From an uncultured Bacilli bacterium (GTDB taxonomy: Bacteria; Bacillota_I; Bacilli_A; RF39; UBA660): a stretch of 64,000 nt of DNA. The DNA lies in contig CALVVO010000001.1 in the NCBI GenBank assembly GCA_944363885.1, positions 4,865 to 68,864 on the forward strand, given 5' to 3'. The notes below the pieces were generated by a model. The model ran no database searches, had not been told where the DNA came from, and saw only the letters and a program-made list of their open reading frames with translations. This document shows positions 9,985 to 20,574 of the stretch, in pieces; the stretch's first letter is position 1; every line of letters starts with the position of its first letter. A program made the translations under genes and the position numbers.

Positions 9985-10195
9985 ATAACAAATGAAGAAA
10001 CCGGTAATATACATAATTATTTAGAGAAATTGTGGTCGGTGAAAACAATTATAATTAGTATATTATAGATCAGTTCTGATGTTATTTTTTGAAAATAAGT
10101 AGAAAAATACGGATTTACTCACGTTAAGAGTTTGAGAAGCAAATAAGGTGGTACCACGTAAAAATCACGTCCTTTTATGGGCGTTTTTATTTTGA
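9985..10195 (+). promoter_or_regulatory. T-box riboswitch leader (isoleucine-specific expected)
   Basis: T-box sequence AAATAAGGTGGTACCACG at 10141-10158, followed by a terminator with GGGCGTTTTTATTTT. An ATC-containing candidate specifier region lies upstream. It precedes ileS. Confidence 0.8.
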
Positions 10196-10206
10196 AAGGA
10201 GAAAAT

Positions 10207-13200
10207 ATGAAATTAGATAATAACTACAACTTTATCGAACATGAAAAAGAAATATTAGATTTTTGGGAGAAAGATAATACTTTTAAAAAACTATTAGAAA
10301 AAAATAAAGATGGGAAAAAATACAGATTTATAGATGGCCCTATTACTGCCAATAATAGTATGAAGATACATCATGTATGGGGACGCACATTAAAAGACAC
10401 ATTTTTAAGATATAAAGCTATGAATGGATATACATCACATTATAGAAATGGTTTTGATGGTCAAGGATTATGGGTAGAAGTCGAAGTAGAAAAAGAATTA
10501 GGATTTAAGACAAAAAAAGAAATAGAAGAATACGGGTTAGATAAATTTACAGAAGCATGTGTTAACAGAGTTAAAAAATATGCAGAAATAATAACTGAAC
10601 AATCAAAAAAACTAGGGCAATGGATGGACTGGAACAACTCCTATTACACATTAACAGATGAAAACATAACAAGCATTTGGTATTTTTTAAAAAAATGTCA
10701 TGAAAACGAATGGATTGTAGAAAGTTACAGACCAATGCCATGGTGTAAAAGATGCGGAACAAGTTTAAGCGAACACGAAATGAGTGGAAGCTATCACGAC
10801 GTTGAACACGAAGCAGTATTTTTTAAATTACCATTAAAAGATAGAGAAGAAAATATACTAGTTTGGACAACAACACCATGGACATTATCAGCTAACGTAG
10901 CATTAGCAGTACATCCTGATTTAGAATATGCTAGCATAAAATTTGATAAAGAAGAAAAACCATTAATAATGTGTTTAGATGTATACGAAAAAAGATTTAA
11001 AAAAGATGGTGGAAAAATACTAAAAACATTTAAAGGCAAAGAACTTGATGGTCTAGAATACGAAACATGTTTTCCAGAATTAGAAAAACAAGATTTTGTA
11101 CATAAAATAGTTTTATGGGAAGACGTAAGTAACGAAGATGGTTCAGGGGTTGTGCATATAGCTCCTGGATGTGGTGCAGAAGACTTTGATTTAGGTATGA
11201 AAATAGGATTACCAATAGTAATACCAGTAGATGAAAATGGTGTATTTTACGAAGGATTTGGTTTCTACAGCGGAAAGAAAGCAGACGAAGTTCCAGAATT
11301 AGTATTTGAAGAATTAAAAAAACGAGGAAAATTATACTTTACACATAAAATAAAACACAGTTATCCATTTTGTTGGAGATGTAAAGAAGACATAATATTC
11401 AGATTAGATAAAGGATATGCTATTGCAGTTGATGAACTAAGGCCAAAATTAATAGCAAACGCTAAAAAAGTTAAATGGTATCCAGAATATCAAGGAAAAC
11501 GTATGATAGACTGGCTAGAGAATATGTCAAATTGGAACATTTCAAGAAAAAGATTTTATGGTTTACCTTTACCATTTTATAAATGCGAATGTGGTCATTT
11601 AACAGTAGTCGGTTCAAAAGAAGAATTAAAAGAATTAAGCACTGACAAAAACTTAGTAGACAATATTAAAGAATTGCATAGACCATGGATTGACGAAATA
11701 AAAATAAAATGTCCAAAATGCGGAAAAGAAGTTAGCAGAGTTACTGAAGTTGGAGACGTATGGCTAGATGCTGGAATTGTACCATTTAGCACATTAAAAT
11801 ATTTTACAGATAAAGAATATTGGAAAAGCTATTTCCCAGCTGAATACGTAGTTGAAATGCACGAACAAATAAGATTATGGTTTTATTCAATGCTATTTAT
11901 GAGTACAGTTATAGAAGGCGTTCCACCTTACGAGGCAGTTGGCACACATGGAATGGTTCAAGCAGAAGACGGAAGCAAATTTTCAAAAACTGGATTTAAT
12001 ATTAGTTTTGAAGAAGCTACAGACAAAATAGGAGTAGACGCATCAAGATATTTATATGCAAGTGCCAATCCAGTAAACAACGTTAGATTTGGTTTTAACC
12101 TTGGTGATGAAGCCAAAAGAAAATTAATGTCGCTTTGGAATATGGTTATTTTCTTTAACACATATGCAAGCATTGACAAAGTCGATTTAACAAATTTCAA
12201 ACCAAATATTAGTGATCTTACTACAATCGATAAATGGTTAATCAAAATTACAGACGATTTTATTGAATCTAGTACAGCTGCTATGAATAATTACAGTTCA
12301 AAAGACGTTTGTGACAATTTTGAAAAATACGTCGACGATGTATCAAACTTTTATATAAGAGTAAATAGAAGAAGATATTGGAAAAGTGAAGATGATATAG
12401 ATAAAAAAATTGCCTATTATGTATTATTTAATGCAATTAAAACCGCAACTCTTATAATGGCACCTATAATTCCATTTATGACAGAATATATATGGCAAAA
12501 CCTAATAAAAACATATGATAAAAATTCTGAGTCATCAGTTCATTTAAGTAATTGGCCAAAAACAAGTGGATACAACATAGAAGATACAATACTAAAATAT
12601 ACTGACTACGCTAGAAATATAATAACAATAGGTTTAAAACTAAGAAATGAAAACTCAATTAAAGTAAGACAACCACTAAGTACAATATATCTAGAAAGTA
12701 AAAATTACGATGAAAACGTTAAAAAATATGAAGAAATAATTAAAAGCGAATTAAACATAAAAGAACTAAAAGTACTAGAAAACTTTGACGAACTTAAAGA
12801 CGAATATATCACACTTAACTTTAAAAATGCAGGTATGAAATTTAAAGGAGACGTAAACAAAGTAAAAGAATTACTTGAAAATGTCAAAGATGATAAGAAA
12901 TTAATTAATGAGTTAAAAAATAAAGGCGAGTTTAAATTAGACAAATACACATTAGAAAAAGATTTAATTGTAATAAACTACAAAGAAAAAGACACAATAA
13001 GAATTGCAAGTGAAAATAATTTAACAGTTGGTTTAAACATAGAGATAACAAAAGAATTAAAAGAAGAAGGTTTATTAAGGGATATCATTAGAGAGTGCCA
13101 AGTATTTAGAAAGAATGCTGGATATAATGTTAGTGATAGAATAAATATAGAATTTATTACAGATAATGAGGAAATAAAAAATGTAATAAATAATAATAAA

Positions 13201-13314
13201 AACGTTATAGAAAGCGAATTACTTGCAACAATAAGTGAAGTAAGTAAACCAACATTTGAATCAGATACTGAAGATAAAACATTACATGTAAAAATGATAG
13301 TAAAAAGTCACTAA
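10207..13314 (+). CDS. ileS: Isoleucine--tRNA ligase
   Basis: 1035 aa from the ATG at 10207 (RBS AAAGGAG). Class I synthetase with an editing domain and zinc-binding Cys pairs (WCKRCGT, CWRCKE, CECGH, CPKCGK). Confidence 0.95.
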   Translation: MKLDNNYNFIEHEKEILDFWEKDNTFKKLLEKNKDGKKYRFIDGPITANNSMKIHHVWGRTLKDTFLRYKAMNGYTSHYRNGFDGQGLWVEVEVEKELGFKTKKEIEEYGLDKFTEACVNRVKKYAEIITEQSKKLGQWMDWNNSYYTLTDENITSIWYFLKKCHENEWIVESYRPMPWCKRCGTSLSEHEMSGSYHDVEHEAVFFKLPLKDREENILVWTTTPWTLSANVALAVHPDLEYASIKFDKEEKPLIMCLDVYEKRFKKDGGKILKTFKGKELDGLEYETCFPELEKQDFVHKIVLWEDVSNEDGSGVVHIAPGCGAEDFDLGMKIGLPIVIPVDENGVFYEGFGFYSGKKADEVPELVFEELKKRGKLYFTHKIKHSYPFCWRCKEDIIFRLDKGYAIAVDELRPKLIANAKKVKWYPEYQGKRMIDWLENMSNWNISRKRFYGLPLPFYKCECGHLTVVGSKEELKELSTDKNLVDNIKELHRPWIDEIKIKCPKCGKEVSRVTEVGDVWLDAGIVPFSTLKYFTDKEYWKSYFPAEYVVEMHEQIRLWFYSMLFMSTVIEGVPPYEAVGTHGMVQAEDGSKFSKTGFNISFEEATDKIGVDASRYLYASANPVNNVRFGFNLGDEAKRKLMSLWNMVIFFNTYASIDKVDLTNFKPNISDLTTIDKWLIKITDDFIESSTAAMNNYSSKDVCDNFEKYVDDVSNFYIRVNRRRYWKSEDDIDKKIAYYVLFNAIKTATLIMAPIIPFMTEYIWQNLIKTYDKNSESSVHLSNWPKTSGYNIEDTILKYTDYARNIITIGLKLRNENSIKVRQPLSTIYLESKNYDENVKKYEEIIKSELNIKELKVLENFDELKDEYITLNFKNAGMKFKGDVNKVKELLENVKDDKKLINELKNKGEFKLDKYTLEKDLIVINYKEKDTIRIASENNLTVGLNIEITKELKEEGLLRDIIRECQVFRKNAGYNVSDRINIEFITDNEEIKNVINNNKNVIESELLATISEVSKPTFESDTEDKTLHVKMIVKSH

Positions 13315-13365
13315 TAAAAAGCGACTTTTTTCATACTTTAAAAACAAAAGAATATCATTAAGTAG

Positions 13366-14067
13366 GTGAAAAAAGTGTTAAAAAAAATTTTAGAATTTAT
13401 AAGAAATTTAAAAATATTTACAACATCATACTCAATAAATGTTTTCCCTGAACCTTTAACAAAAGAGGAAGAAGAAAAATACATTGAATTAATGATGAAA
13501 GGAGACAAAAACGCAAGAAGTGTGCTTATAGAGCATAATCTTAGATTAGTCGCACACATAGTAAAAAAATTTGAAAGTTTTAAAGAAGATACAGACGACC
13601 TAATAAGCATCGGAACAATTGGGCTAATAAAGGGAATAGATTCATATAAAGTAAATAAAGATGTGAGAATAACAACATATTCAGCTAGATGCATTGAAAA
13701 TGAGATTTTAATGTACATTAGAAGCAATAAAAAGAACCAAAATAATGTAAGTTTAGATGATTCGATTGGATTTGATAAAGAAGGAAACGAAATAACATTA
13801 TTAGATATACTAAAAGAAACAGATAATGAAGTCAATGATAAGTTATATGTAAAAGAAAATATAACATTATTAAAAAGTTACATAGATTGTCTAAGTGATA
13901 GAGAAAAAGAAGTAATAATTAATAGATATGGTTTACTAAATAGAGAAGAAAAAACACAAAAAGAAATTGCAAAAGAAATGAAAATATCTAGAAGTTATGT
14001 ATCAAGAATTGAAAAAAGGGCACTAGTAAAAATGCTAAGAGAATTTTTAAAAAATAACAACATGTAA
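13366..14067 (+). CDS. sigK: RNA polymerase sporulation sigma factor SigK (intact, with pro-sequence)
   Basis: 233 aa. Near-colinear with B. subtilis SigK (VFPEPLTKEEEEKYIELMMKGD...HNLRLVAHIVKKFE...TYSARCIENEILMYIR...ISRSYVSRIEKRAL). It has an N-terminal pro-sequence and no intervening element. GTG start at 13366 or 13375. Confidence 0.85.
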   Translation: MKKVLKKILEFIRNLKIFTTSYSINVFPEPLTKEEEEKYIELMMKGDKNARSVLIEHNLRLVAHIVKKFESFKEDTDDLISIGTIGLIKGIDSYKVNKDVRITTYSARCIENEILMYIRSNKKNQNNVSLDDSIGFDKEGNEITLLDILKETDNEVNDKLYVKENITLLKSYIDCLSDREKEVIINRYGLLNREEKTQKEIAKEMKISRSYVSRIEKRALVKMLREFLKNNNM

Positions 14068-14082
14068 TGAATATTGTTGCTA

Positions 14083-14116
14083 TAAATTAAAACTAAAAAA
14101 GTTTTAATTTTTTTTA
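14083..14116 (+). terminator. Rho-independent terminator after sigK (AT-only stem)
   Basis: TTAAAACT-aaaaa-AGTTTTAA followed by TTTTTTTT. Confidence 0.45.
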
Positions 14117-14168
14117 AATGGTAAAAAAAGCATCAATATGATAAAATAATTAATAGGAAGTGAGTATT

Positions 14169-15452
14169 ATGTTTATTGACGAAGTCACACTAAAAATAAT
14201 CGCAGGAAAAGGTGGAGATGGTTGCACTTCTTTTCGCCATGAAAAATTTGTTGAAATGGGTGGACCCGATGGTGGAACTGGCGGAAAAGGTGGGAACATA
14301 ATATTCAAAGGAGACGAAGGGTTAAAAACACTAATAGATTTAAGATATAAAAAACTAATAAAAGGCAACAAAGGAGAAAATGGAAAAGGGTCAAACAGAA
14401 CTGGAGCAAAAGGAGAAGACGTGATAATAAAAGTTCCAGTAGGAACTACAGTTACAGACGAAGAAACAGGGCTTATAATTTGTGATATTACAAGAGACAA
14501 AGAAGAATTTATTATAGCAACAGGCGGACGTGGTGGTAAAGGAAACGCAGCATTTAAAACAAACAAAAACAAAGCACCACTTACAAGCGAATACGGATTA
14601 CCAGGTGAAGAAAGAACAATAAAATGCGAGCTTAAATTACTCGCAGATGTTGGGCTTGTTGGTTTACCTTCAGTTGGGAAAAGCAGCATAATAAATACAA
14701 TAAGTCGCGCCAATGCAAAGGTTGCAAGTTATCACTTTACAACATTATCTCCAAACTTAGGTGTAGTTAAAGTAAACGACAAATCATTTGTAGTAGCTGA
14801 TTTGCCAGGACTAATTGAAGGAGCAAGCGAAGGAGTTGGCCTTGGTGACAAATTTCTAAAACACGCGATGAGAACCAAAGTCATAGCTCACGTAGTTGAT
14901 ATGTCAGGAATCGAATATGATCCATACGAAAGTTATATTAAAGTAGAAAATGAGTTAAAAAAATATAATGAAAACCTATATAACAAGCCAAGAATAATAA
15001 TAGCAAACAAAATGGATATCAGTAGTTCCAAAGAAAACCTAGAAGAATTTTCTAAAAAAATAAAAAATATCGAAATAATACCAATAAGCACAGTTACAAA
15101 AGAGAATATTGACAAACTCAAATACAAATTACTTGATTTAGTAGAAAAACATAAAGACTCTAGTACATATGAAAACTTAGAATTTGAAAATTATGTATTA
15201 TATGAATTTAAAAACGAAAAACCATACGAAATTGAAAAAGAAAACGAAAACACATGGGTAATTAAAGGAAAAAAATTAGAAGACTTACTAAGAATGACAA
15301 AATTTAACAGTGATGAAGCTATACTAAAATTTGCTAGAAAATTAAAAAGAATGGGAGTAGATGAAAAACTAAAAGAACTAGGGGCAAAAGAAGGGGACAT
15401 CGTTAAAATTTTAGATTTTGAATTTGAATACGAAGAAAGATTAAAATATTAA
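14169..15452 (+). CDS. obg: GTPase Obg/CgtA
   Basis: 427 aa from MFIDEV. Has the Gly-rich Obg fold (GGDGGTGGKGG, GGRGGKGN), a G domain (GLPSVGKSS) and a C-terminal TGS-like domain. RBS AGGAAG. Confidence 0.95.
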   Translation: MFIDEVTLKIIAGKGGDGCTSFRHEKFVEMGGPDGGTGGKGGNIIFKGDEGLKTLIDLRYKKLIKGNKGENGKGSNRTGAKGEDVIIKVPVGTTVTDEETGLIICDITRDKEEFIIATGGRGGKGNAAFKTNKNKAPLTSEYGLPGEERTIKCELKLLADVGLVGLPSVGKSSIINTISRANAKVASYHFTTLSPNLGVVKVNDKSFVVADLPGLIEGASEGVGLGDKFLKHAMRTKVIAHVVDMSGIEYDPYESYIKVENELKKYNENLYNKPRIIIANKMDISSSKENLEEFSKKIKNIEIIPISTVTKENIDKLKYKLLDLVEKHKDSSTYENLEFENYVLYEFKNEKPYEIEKENENTWVIKGKKLEDLLRMTKFNSDEAILKFARKLKRMGVDEKLKELGAKEGDIVKILDFEFEYEERLKY

Positions 15453-15461
15453 GGAGTAATT

Positions 15462-15986
15462 ATGATAGAAATTTTTAGACCAGACGTATATTCAAAAAGC
15501 ATTTTTGATGTTAATTACAAAAAATTAAAAGAAAAAGGAATAAAATGCATATTATTAGACTTAGACAACACAATAGCCCCAGTAAATATAGAAAAGCCAG
15601 ATAATAAAATGAAGAAGTTTTTATATGAATTAAAAGAAAAAGGATTTCATCTAATAATCATGTCAAACTCTCAGAAAAAAAGAGTCGAACCATTTAAAAA
15701 TGAATTAGAATTAGACTCAGCTGCTTTTAGCATGAAACCAAGAAAAGCAAAATACATGAAAATATTAAAAACATTTGGATATAAACCAGAAGAAGTTGCT
15801 GCAATAGGAGATCAATTACTTACTGATGTATTAGGCGCTAATAGAATGCAAATAACAAGCATTTTAGTAAATCCAATGAGCAAAAAAGACGGAATAAGCA
15901 CTAATTTAAACAGAATAATAGAAAGAATGATTATCAAAAGACTAGAAAAAAAAGAACTATTTGAAAGAGGAAAATACTATGACTAA
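15462..15986 (+). CDS. yqeG: YqeG-family HAD-IIIA phosphatase
   Basis: 174 aa with HAD motifs LLDLDNT, IMSNS and GDQLLTD. Position before yqeH matches B. subtilis. Confidence 0.8.
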   Translation: MIEIFRPDVYSKSIFDVNYKKLKEKGIKCILLDLDNTIAPVNIEKPDNKMKKFLYELKEKGFHLIIMSNSQKKRVEPFKNELELDSAAFSMKPRKAKYMKILKTFGYKPEEVAAIGDQLLTDVLGANRMQITSILVNPMSKKDGISTNLNRIIERMIIKRLEKKELFERGKYYD

Positions 15987-16977
15987 AAAATGTATTGGGT
16001 GTGGCGCTGTGCTACAATACACATATCCCAGTATTGAAGGATATGTAAAAAAAGAAGTTTATGAAAAATCAAAGTATTGCGAAAGATGTTTTAAAATCAA
16101 ACATTATGGGAAATTAGATGTACTAGAAATAAAAAAAGACTTTTTGAGTATGATGAGAGACATAAGAAACACAAACGCCGGCATTATTTATTTAATAGAC
16201 ATATTGTCACTAAGTAATACTAATAGCGAATACTTAAAACTATTAGGAAATAATGACATAGTACTACTTACAAAAAAAGACATATTACCAAAAAGTGTAA
16301 AAGACAAAAAAGTAATAAAATACTTTAAAGAAAATTTTAAAACAAGTGCAAATGTTATGGTAATCAGTAGTGTTAAAAAATACAATATAGATTTACTATT
16401 TAAAGAACTCGACAAAAAACCTAAAACATACTATGTGGTAGGCTCAACAAACAGTGGAAAAAGCACATTTATAAATGCACTAGTAAATAGCATTGGAAGA
16501 AAAGGAAATATAACTACAAGTGCATTACCAAATACAACCACAGAATATATAAAGATAAAAATAAATGATAAACTAAGCATCATTGACACACCAGGATTTA
16601 TAGAAAGAAATACTATATATAATTATATTACAATAGACAAAATCAAAGAAATAATGCCTAAAAAAGAAATAAAACCCAAAATCATGCAGACAAAAAGCGG
16701 ATTTACTGTAATTGTAGATGATTTATTAAGAATAGATAACATAGGCAAAGAAAAAGCAAATCTAATATTTTACATGAACAACAATATGAAATTTACAAAA
16801 GTAAAAATAACAACAAAAGACGATTTAAAAAGTTTGCCTAAAAAAAATATTACAACTGATGGAAAAACTGACATAGTTATAAACGGATTAGGTTTTATAA
16901 AAATTACAACAAAATCAAATCTTGTTGTTTACACATTAGACGAAGATATAATAAGTACTAGAAACAAAATGATATAG
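15961..16977 (+). CDS. yqeH: Ribosome biogenesis GTPase YqeH (circularly permuted)
   Basis: 338 aa with an N-terminal zinc ribbon (CIGCG...CERCF) and a permuted G domain (GSTNSGKST). Confidence 0.85.
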   Translation: MKEENTMTKKCIGCGAVLQYTYPSIEGYVKKEVYEKSKYCERCFKIKHYGKLDVLEIKKDFLSMMRDIRNTNAGIIYLIDILSLSNTNSEYLKLLGNNDIVLLTKKDILPKSVKDKKVIKYFKENFKTSANVMVISSVKKYNIDLLFKELDKKPKTYYVVGSTNSGKSTFINALVNSIGRKGNITTSALPNTTTEYIKIKINDKLSIIDTPGFIERNTIYNYITIDKIKEIMPKKEIKPKIMQTKSGFTVIVDDLLRIDNIGKEKANLIFYMNNNMKFTKVKITTKDDLKSLPKKNITTDGKTDIVINGLGFIKITTKSNLVVYTLDEDIISTRNKMI

Positions 16978-16987
16978 AGGTGATAAT

Positions 16988-18730
16988 ATGGGCCGCATTA
17001 AAGTAATGGATGAAACACTAGCTAATAAAATTGCTGCTGGAGAAGTAGTAGAAAGAATATCAAGTGTAGTTAAAGAACTAGTGGAAAACAGCATTGACGC
17101 TCATAGTAATGAAATAAAAGTAGAATTAGTAGCTGCAGGTACAAAAGAAATAAAAGTTACTGATAACGGAGACGGGATGGACGAAGAAGATGCTATATTA
17201 GCATTTACACCGCACGCTACAAGTAAAATAAAAAATGAAAACGATTTATACTTTATAAGTACATTAGGTTTTAGAGGAGAAGCACTTGCAAGTATAGCAA
17301 GCGTAAGTGAAGTAGAACTTACAACAAGTAACGGAAAAACTGGAACTAAAGTATATATAAAAGGCGGGAAACTTTTAGGAAAAGAAGATATAAATTTAAA
17401 CAAAGGAACTAGCATAAATGTAAAGAACCTATTTTATAACACACCAGCAAGACTTAAATTTCTAAAAAGCATGACAACTGAACAAAATAATGTAATCGGT
17501 TTAATTGAAAAATTGTCATTAGCAAATCCAAACATATCATTTGCTCTTTATAGCGACAATAGATTAGTAATAAAAACAACAGGAAGCGGTAACTTATTAA
17601 AAACAATACATGAAATCTTTGGGTATAATATAAGCAAAAATATGATAGAAATCAAGGGAGAAAACCTAGATTATGAAATAAATGGATATATAAGCAACAT
17701 AAACATAAGTAGAAGCAATAAAAACTCAATGATAACCTTAGTAAACTCAAGAATAGTTGAAAATTCATATTTAAATAGAATAATAAAAGAAGCGTATCAT
17801 ACAGTGTTAGCAGAAAATAAGTATCCAATAGTAATAATAAATATAAATACAGATCCTACACTAATCGATGTAAACATACATCCAACAAAACAAGATATAA
17901 AATTTAGTAAAATGGACACATTAGAAGATTTACTATTTAGACTTATAAAAGACAAACTATACAACATTGATAACAGATTTAAAGTAGAAACTAAGAAAGA
18001 AACGTTTGCAAACTATCAAGAATATAATGATTATGAGCCAAAGATTGAAAATATTGTAAACGAAAAAAGTGAAGAAACTTATGAATACGTAGAACAAGAA
18101 GCTATAAACTTTGAACTATTTGAACAAACTAATGAATATAACAAAGATGAAGTAATAATTCATCCGGTTGGCTTAGCGTTAGGAACATATTTGTTTGCAA
18201 ATGACAACGAAAACATATATATGATTGACATACATGCAGCAAATGAAAGAATAAATTATGAAAGATATTTAGAAAAATTAAAAGACGAAAACGTAGCAAC
18301 GACATCAATGCTTATTCCAATTAATATTGAATTACCACTAAATGAATACAACACAATTTTAATGAATAAAGACCTAATAAATAACTTAGGAATAAAATTT
18401 GAAGAATTCGGGATAAACACATTTAGAGTAATAGAACATCCCACATGGTTAAAAATAGGGTATGAAGAAGAAAGCATAAGAAAAATATTTGACTTAATAA
18501 TAAATTACAATGAAAAATTTAATAGGGTAAAATTTAATGATAGACTTGCAATGACACTTGCCTGCAAAATGAGTGTTAAAGCAAACACTAACATAAGTTA
18601 CAACGAACAAGAAGAACTTTTAAAAAGATTATTTAAATGTGAATTCCCATATACATGCCCACACGGAAGGCCAACAATAATAAAGTACACTAAGTATGAA
18701 CTAGAAAAATTATTTAAGAGGGTAGCATGA
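16988..18730 (+). CDS. mutL: DNA mismatch repair protein MutL
   Basis: 580 aa. GHKL ATPase N-terminus (ANKIAAGEVVERISSVVKELVENSIDA, DNGDGM). No adjacent mutS. Confidence 0.9.
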   Translation: MGRIKVMDETLANKIAAGEVVERISSVVKELVENSIDAHSNEIKVELVAAGTKEIKVTDNGDGMDEEDAILAFTPHATSKIKNENDLYFISTLGFRGEALASIASVSEVELTTSNGKTGTKVYIKGGKLLGKEDINLNKGTSINVKNLFYNTPARLKFLKSMTTEQNNVIGLIEKLSLANPNISFALYSDNRLVIKTTGSGNLLKTIHEIFGYNISKNMIEIKGENLDYEINGYISNINISRSNKNSMITLVNSRIVENSYLNRIIKEAYHTVLAENKYPIVIININTDPTLIDVNIHPTKQDIKFSKMDTLEDLLFRLIKDKLYNIDNRFKVETKKETFANYQEYNDYEPKIENIVNEKSEETYEYVEQEAINFELFEQTNEYNKDEVIIHPVGLALGTYLFANDNENIYMIDIHAANERINYERYLEKLKDENVATTSMLIPINIELPLNEYNTILMNKDLINNLGIKFEEFGINTFRVIEHPTWLKIGYEEESIRKIFDLIINYNEKFNRVKFNDRLAMTLACKMSVKANTNISYNEQEELLKRLFKCEFPYTCPHGRPTIIKYTKYELEKLFKRVA

Positions 18731-19599
18731 TAGTAGTAGTCGTAGGCCCCACAGGGATAGGAAAAACAAAATTAAGTATAGAACTTGCAAAAAAATATAA
18801 CGCAGAAATAATAAATGCAGATTCAGTACAAATATACAAAGAAGTAAATATAGCATCAGCTAAAATAAAACCAGAAGAGATGGAAAATATACCACATCAC
18901 ATGTTAAGTATTAAAAGTCTAAAAGAAAAAAGTACGATTTATGATTTTCAAAAAGAAGGGCGAACAATACTTGATAAATTAATAAAAGAAAATAAAAACA
19001 TTATAATAGTAGGTGGGAGTGGATTATATTTAAAAGCATTATTATATAATTATGAACTAGAAGAAGAAATAGAAAATGAATACGATTACAGTTCCTATAC
19101 CAATGAAGAACTAAAAAAAATAGCTGATGAAATAAATATAAATAATTGTATTCATGTAAATAACAGAAAAAGATTAATAAGATTTATCACGTACTATAAA
19201 AAAACAGGAAAAATAATAACAAAAAAAACAAATAAAAATGAAAAAAAATACAATTTTAAGCTAATAGGATTAACAACAGACAGAGAAACTTTAAATAGTC
19301 AAGTAAACAAAAGAGTAGACGAGATGGAAAAAGAAGGTTTAATTGAAGAAGTAAAAAATTTGTATGAAAAAAAATACCCAAAATTAGATTTAATAATAGG
19401 ATGTAAAGAACTAATACCTTACTTTGAAAAACAAATTAGCAAAAACGAAGCAATTGAAAACATAAAAAAAGACACAAGAAAATATTTAAAAAGACAATAT
19501 ACATGGTATAACAATCAAATGAAAGACATAAAGTGGTTTAAAGTAGATATAAATAACTTTAACTCAACAATAAAAGAAGTTATTCAATATTTAAAATAA
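18727..19599 (+). CDS. miaA: tRNA dimethylallyltransferase
   Basis: 290 aa with P-loop GPTGIGKT and ADSVQIYK. The mutL-miaA order is conserved. Confidence 0.9.
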   Translation: MIVVVVGPTGIGKTKLSIELAKKYNAEIINADSVQIYKEVNIASAKIKPEEMENIPHHMLSIKSLKEKSTIYDFQKEGRTILDKLIKENKNIIIVGGSGLYLKALLYNYELEEEIENEYDYSSYTNEELKKIADEININNCIHVNNRKRLIRFITYYKKTGKIITKKTNKNEKKYNFKLIGLTTDRETLNSQVNKRVDEMEKEGLIEEVKNLYEKKYPKLDLIIGCKELIPYFEKQISKNEAIENIKKDTRKYLKRQYTWYNNQMKDIKWFKVDINNFNSTIKEVIQYLK

Positions 19600-19608
19600 C
19601 TTCTTTTT

Positions 19609-20511
19609 TTAGGCTTCTAAATAAAATGATTCATCAAATAAATGCTCTTCAGGATCAAGTTTAAAAAGAGTATCAGTATCAATTAAAAAGTAAGACATTT
19701 GATATTTCGGATTATTGGTATCATTCCAAGTCAAATCCAAATGAACCCAGCTACCATTTAAATAAACCAAATTCCAAACATGTTCATCACTAGATATTTT
19801 AATATTAGGAATATCAAGTTTATCTAAGAATAAAGCCATAGCATCAGAATAGCCAGTACAAATAGCATAACCTTGAACTAAAGCACCATAAGCAGTATTA
19901 GATCTATAACTACTAGTATTATTATTAGCCATTTCTTCATCGTACTCTACATTTTTAATTATATAATTATGAATACTTCTTATTTTTTCAATATTATCAG
20001 ATAAATCATCAATATTTAATTCATACAATATATCAGAAACTCTTTTATTTAATTCTTCTATTTCATTACTAGTATAATTTTTTGAAACACTAATTGAAAC
20101 CGTTCCATTACCAGAAACTTTAGTATTTAAATTTTTAAATGAATTAAAAGGATGAACATAATCATTAACCTTACTAAGTAAGACATTATCATTAGCAATT
20201 GTTTTAACGTCATCTATGCAGTCCTCATACTCACTTGGACAATAAAAAGTAAATTCATCATATCCATCATTAAAAATGTTATAAAAAATATTTAAAATAC
20301 TTTCTTTATCAACCGGAATAAACTCGTCATCATTTTGAAATTTAACATAATCAAAATCTCTTGCATACTCATTTTTTTCTTTAACTTCAACAGTTTTTTC
20401 ATCTGACATAAAACCAGTAAAAAAATCTGTAATTTCATCTATTTTTAAATAAACTAAAAGAATTAAACTTAATAATATAATTGTAAAAACAAGATTAATT
20501 ATTTTATTCAT
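19609..20511 (-). CDS. Transglutaminase-like (papain-fold) domain protein, membrane-anchored
   Basis: 300 aa with an N-terminal TM anchor. It has a transglutaminase-like core with candidate catalytic Cys/His/Asp residues (YAICTGYSDAMALF...EHVWNLVYLNGSWVHLDLTW). Confidence 0.65.
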   Translation of the reverse strand: MNKIINLVFTIILLSLILLVYLKIDEITDFFTGFMSDEKTVEVKEKNEYARDFDYVKFQNDDEFIPVDKESILNIFYNIFNDGYDEFTFYCPSEYEDCIDDVKTIANDNVLLSKVNDYVHPFNSFKNLNTKVSGNGTVSISVSKNYTSNEIEELNKRVSDILYELNIDDLSDNIEKIRSIHNYIIKNVEYDEEMANNNTSSYRSNTAYGALVQGYAICTGYSDAMALFLDKLDIPNIKISSDEHVWNLVYLNGSWVHLDLTWNDTNNPKYQMSYFLIDTDTLFKLDPEEHLFDESFYLEA

Positions 20512-20574
20512 TTTTTCACCTATAAACTATTTTATTATATATTTATATAATTATCAACCAAAATAAAAAAACGG

